From positions 2,663,836 to 2,727,835 of the forward strand of contig NW_002060949.1 in assembly GCF_000150275.1 (NCBI RefSeq): 64,000 nucleotides of DNA, given 5' to 3'. Position 1 is the first letter of the stretch, and each line of letters starts with the position of its first letter. The position numbers and the translations under genes are program-made. Below, in pieces: positions 62,482-64,000 of the stretch. This DNA is from Trichoplax adhaerens. Its lineage: Eukaryota; Animalia; Placozoa. Under the pieces are notes generated by a model that did not search any database, had not been told where the DNA came from, and was given only the letters and a program-made list of their open reading frames with translations.

Positions 62482-64000
62482 TTAGCTGCTACCACAACAG
62501 CCACGTTTCTGATTACTATTAGGGCGGGAATGATTTTGAATAGAGATTGTTTCACTTGCTTGTGATCGTTTTCCTGGCATCTAAAATAACAATATCCAAA
62601 TAAATAATAAGTTATCAGAAATTACACACCGTGTACGATTATATCACTGATGTAAAATATTAATGTATGGGTATACGCGTACTTTATTTAATATGTCATT
62701 GGCCAGTCCAAGAAATGCCTGGATGAAAAAAGATGAAAATACTTCGTAAATTCTTGCAATTGAAATAGAATTAATGAAAGTATAGATATACGCAAACATT
62801 GCAAGCATGCAATTGCTAGATAACCTGATACTTACCGCATCGATATTAATATTTGTTTTGGCACTTGTTTCCATAAATCGGATACTGTGTATCCTGGCCA
62901 ACTTAAAAATGAAAAACATTGTCAGCATTAGAAATATCAATATCACTAAATATCGAAGCTGCCTTTTGGCGAATATAAGAGATTGATACCTCTTCTGCTT
63001 CAGATTTCAATACTTCTCGCTTATCTGCTTCATCAACTTTATTTCCTAAAATTATCTTTTCTACGTCTTTACTAGCATGCTGGGTGATAAAATTTTAAAT
63101 ATCAAATTGTAGTAGATTCTGAACGTTTTATAATTGATTATCACTTTAATAGTAATACCCATCGTCATACAATTAGTTGCTATCGGCAACATTATAAATA
63201 ATTGATACATATTGTGATATCCTGGTTATTTTAAAGTTAATTACTCCATACCTCATCGATATTGCGAATCCATTTATTGATATTTTCAAATGATTTTCTC
63301 TGTGTTAAATCATATACCAGCATAATTCCCTGCACATTTATAATAGTTCACATTTATTATGGCGATATTCAGGTAGATAAGCAGTGATTCGCTATAACAG
63401 TTTACTTATTTATTATCCGAGAGTGAACTTACGTATCTTTCAAATTATTTATTTATCAAATAGCTATTTTACGTGATCTTAAACAGAAAATGTAGTTTAT
63501 AGCATTTGATGATATGATACTATCAACTAGACTATTATATCTAGTCCACCTATTATATAGTTGTAGACATATAATTTGTCATTTGCAATTGTGGTATTAC
63601 CGCAACGCTTAATTAATATCTATAACTGGGTATTTCTATCAGAAGAATTATACTTTCAGCTATATTTTTATGTACTAGCTTTACTATTATTATCACGGGG
63701 GATAGAAGAAATTATAAATTGACATTTTAAATATTATCACCAGCCATACACTAGAATTAAATTGTAAAAGTACGACTATATAGAGTTTTATATCTTTGGC
63801 AATAGTTACCTTTGCAAGAGCTATTACTAATCATAAGTGCTGATTCAATACTAAAAGATGAAATGTCGTATAAGAACTAGGTTTTTGACGAATTTAGAGA
63901 TTGGCATGTAAAGTAATAAACTCCAGTAGTATCAATAAAAGGAAATAGCTATAAGTTGGCACCTGGGTTTTATTAAGGTATTAGCATCATAAAGGATACT
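62482..64000 (-). CDS. RAB10: Rab10/Rab8-like small GTPase, 3' part; 5' exons lie beyond the right edge
   Basis: Exons at ~63329-63252 ([26 protein letters not shown]), ~63079-62990 ([16 protein letters not shown]), 62901-62836 ([15 protein letters not shown]), 62718-62683 ([12 protein letters not shown]) and 62580-62482, which ends in a CCXXX prenylation motif (GCCGSS*). Rab10 versus Rab8/13 is a judgement from recalled sequences. Confidence 0.82.

Overview
This is AT-rich, intron-dense eukaryotic DNA with short GT-AG introns and one ~107-nt assembly gap. The gene content is animal-like; an early-branching animal such as a placozoan is my inference from composition, intron size and gene set, not something the sequence proves. 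Most genes are split into exons too short for the ORF track, so I assembled them by hand from splice sites and reading-frame phase. In order: EIPR1/TSSC1 (-, runs off the left end); an ~804-aa acidic-IDR/NLS-TIR-SAM-TIR-TIR protein (+); RTF2 (-) head-to-head with NME6 (+); two tandem RidA/UK114 paralogues (+), one ending in a peroxisomal -AKL signal; ACSS2-type acetyl-CoA synthetase (-) head-to-head with ATAD2 (+); a PDE10-like GAF-GAF phosphodiesterase (-); a ~2-kb array of six ~300-bp units; an Eyes absent (Eya) phosphatase (+) whose catalytic exons are absent from the ORF track; and the 3' part of a Rab10/Rab8-like GTPase (-). The best candidates for undescribed biology are the triple-TIR/SAM protein and the tandem array, whose units show G.U-tolerant long-range self-complementarity and a partial HDV-ribozyme-like topology. 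Family assignments rest on remembered consensus motifs; no searches were run.
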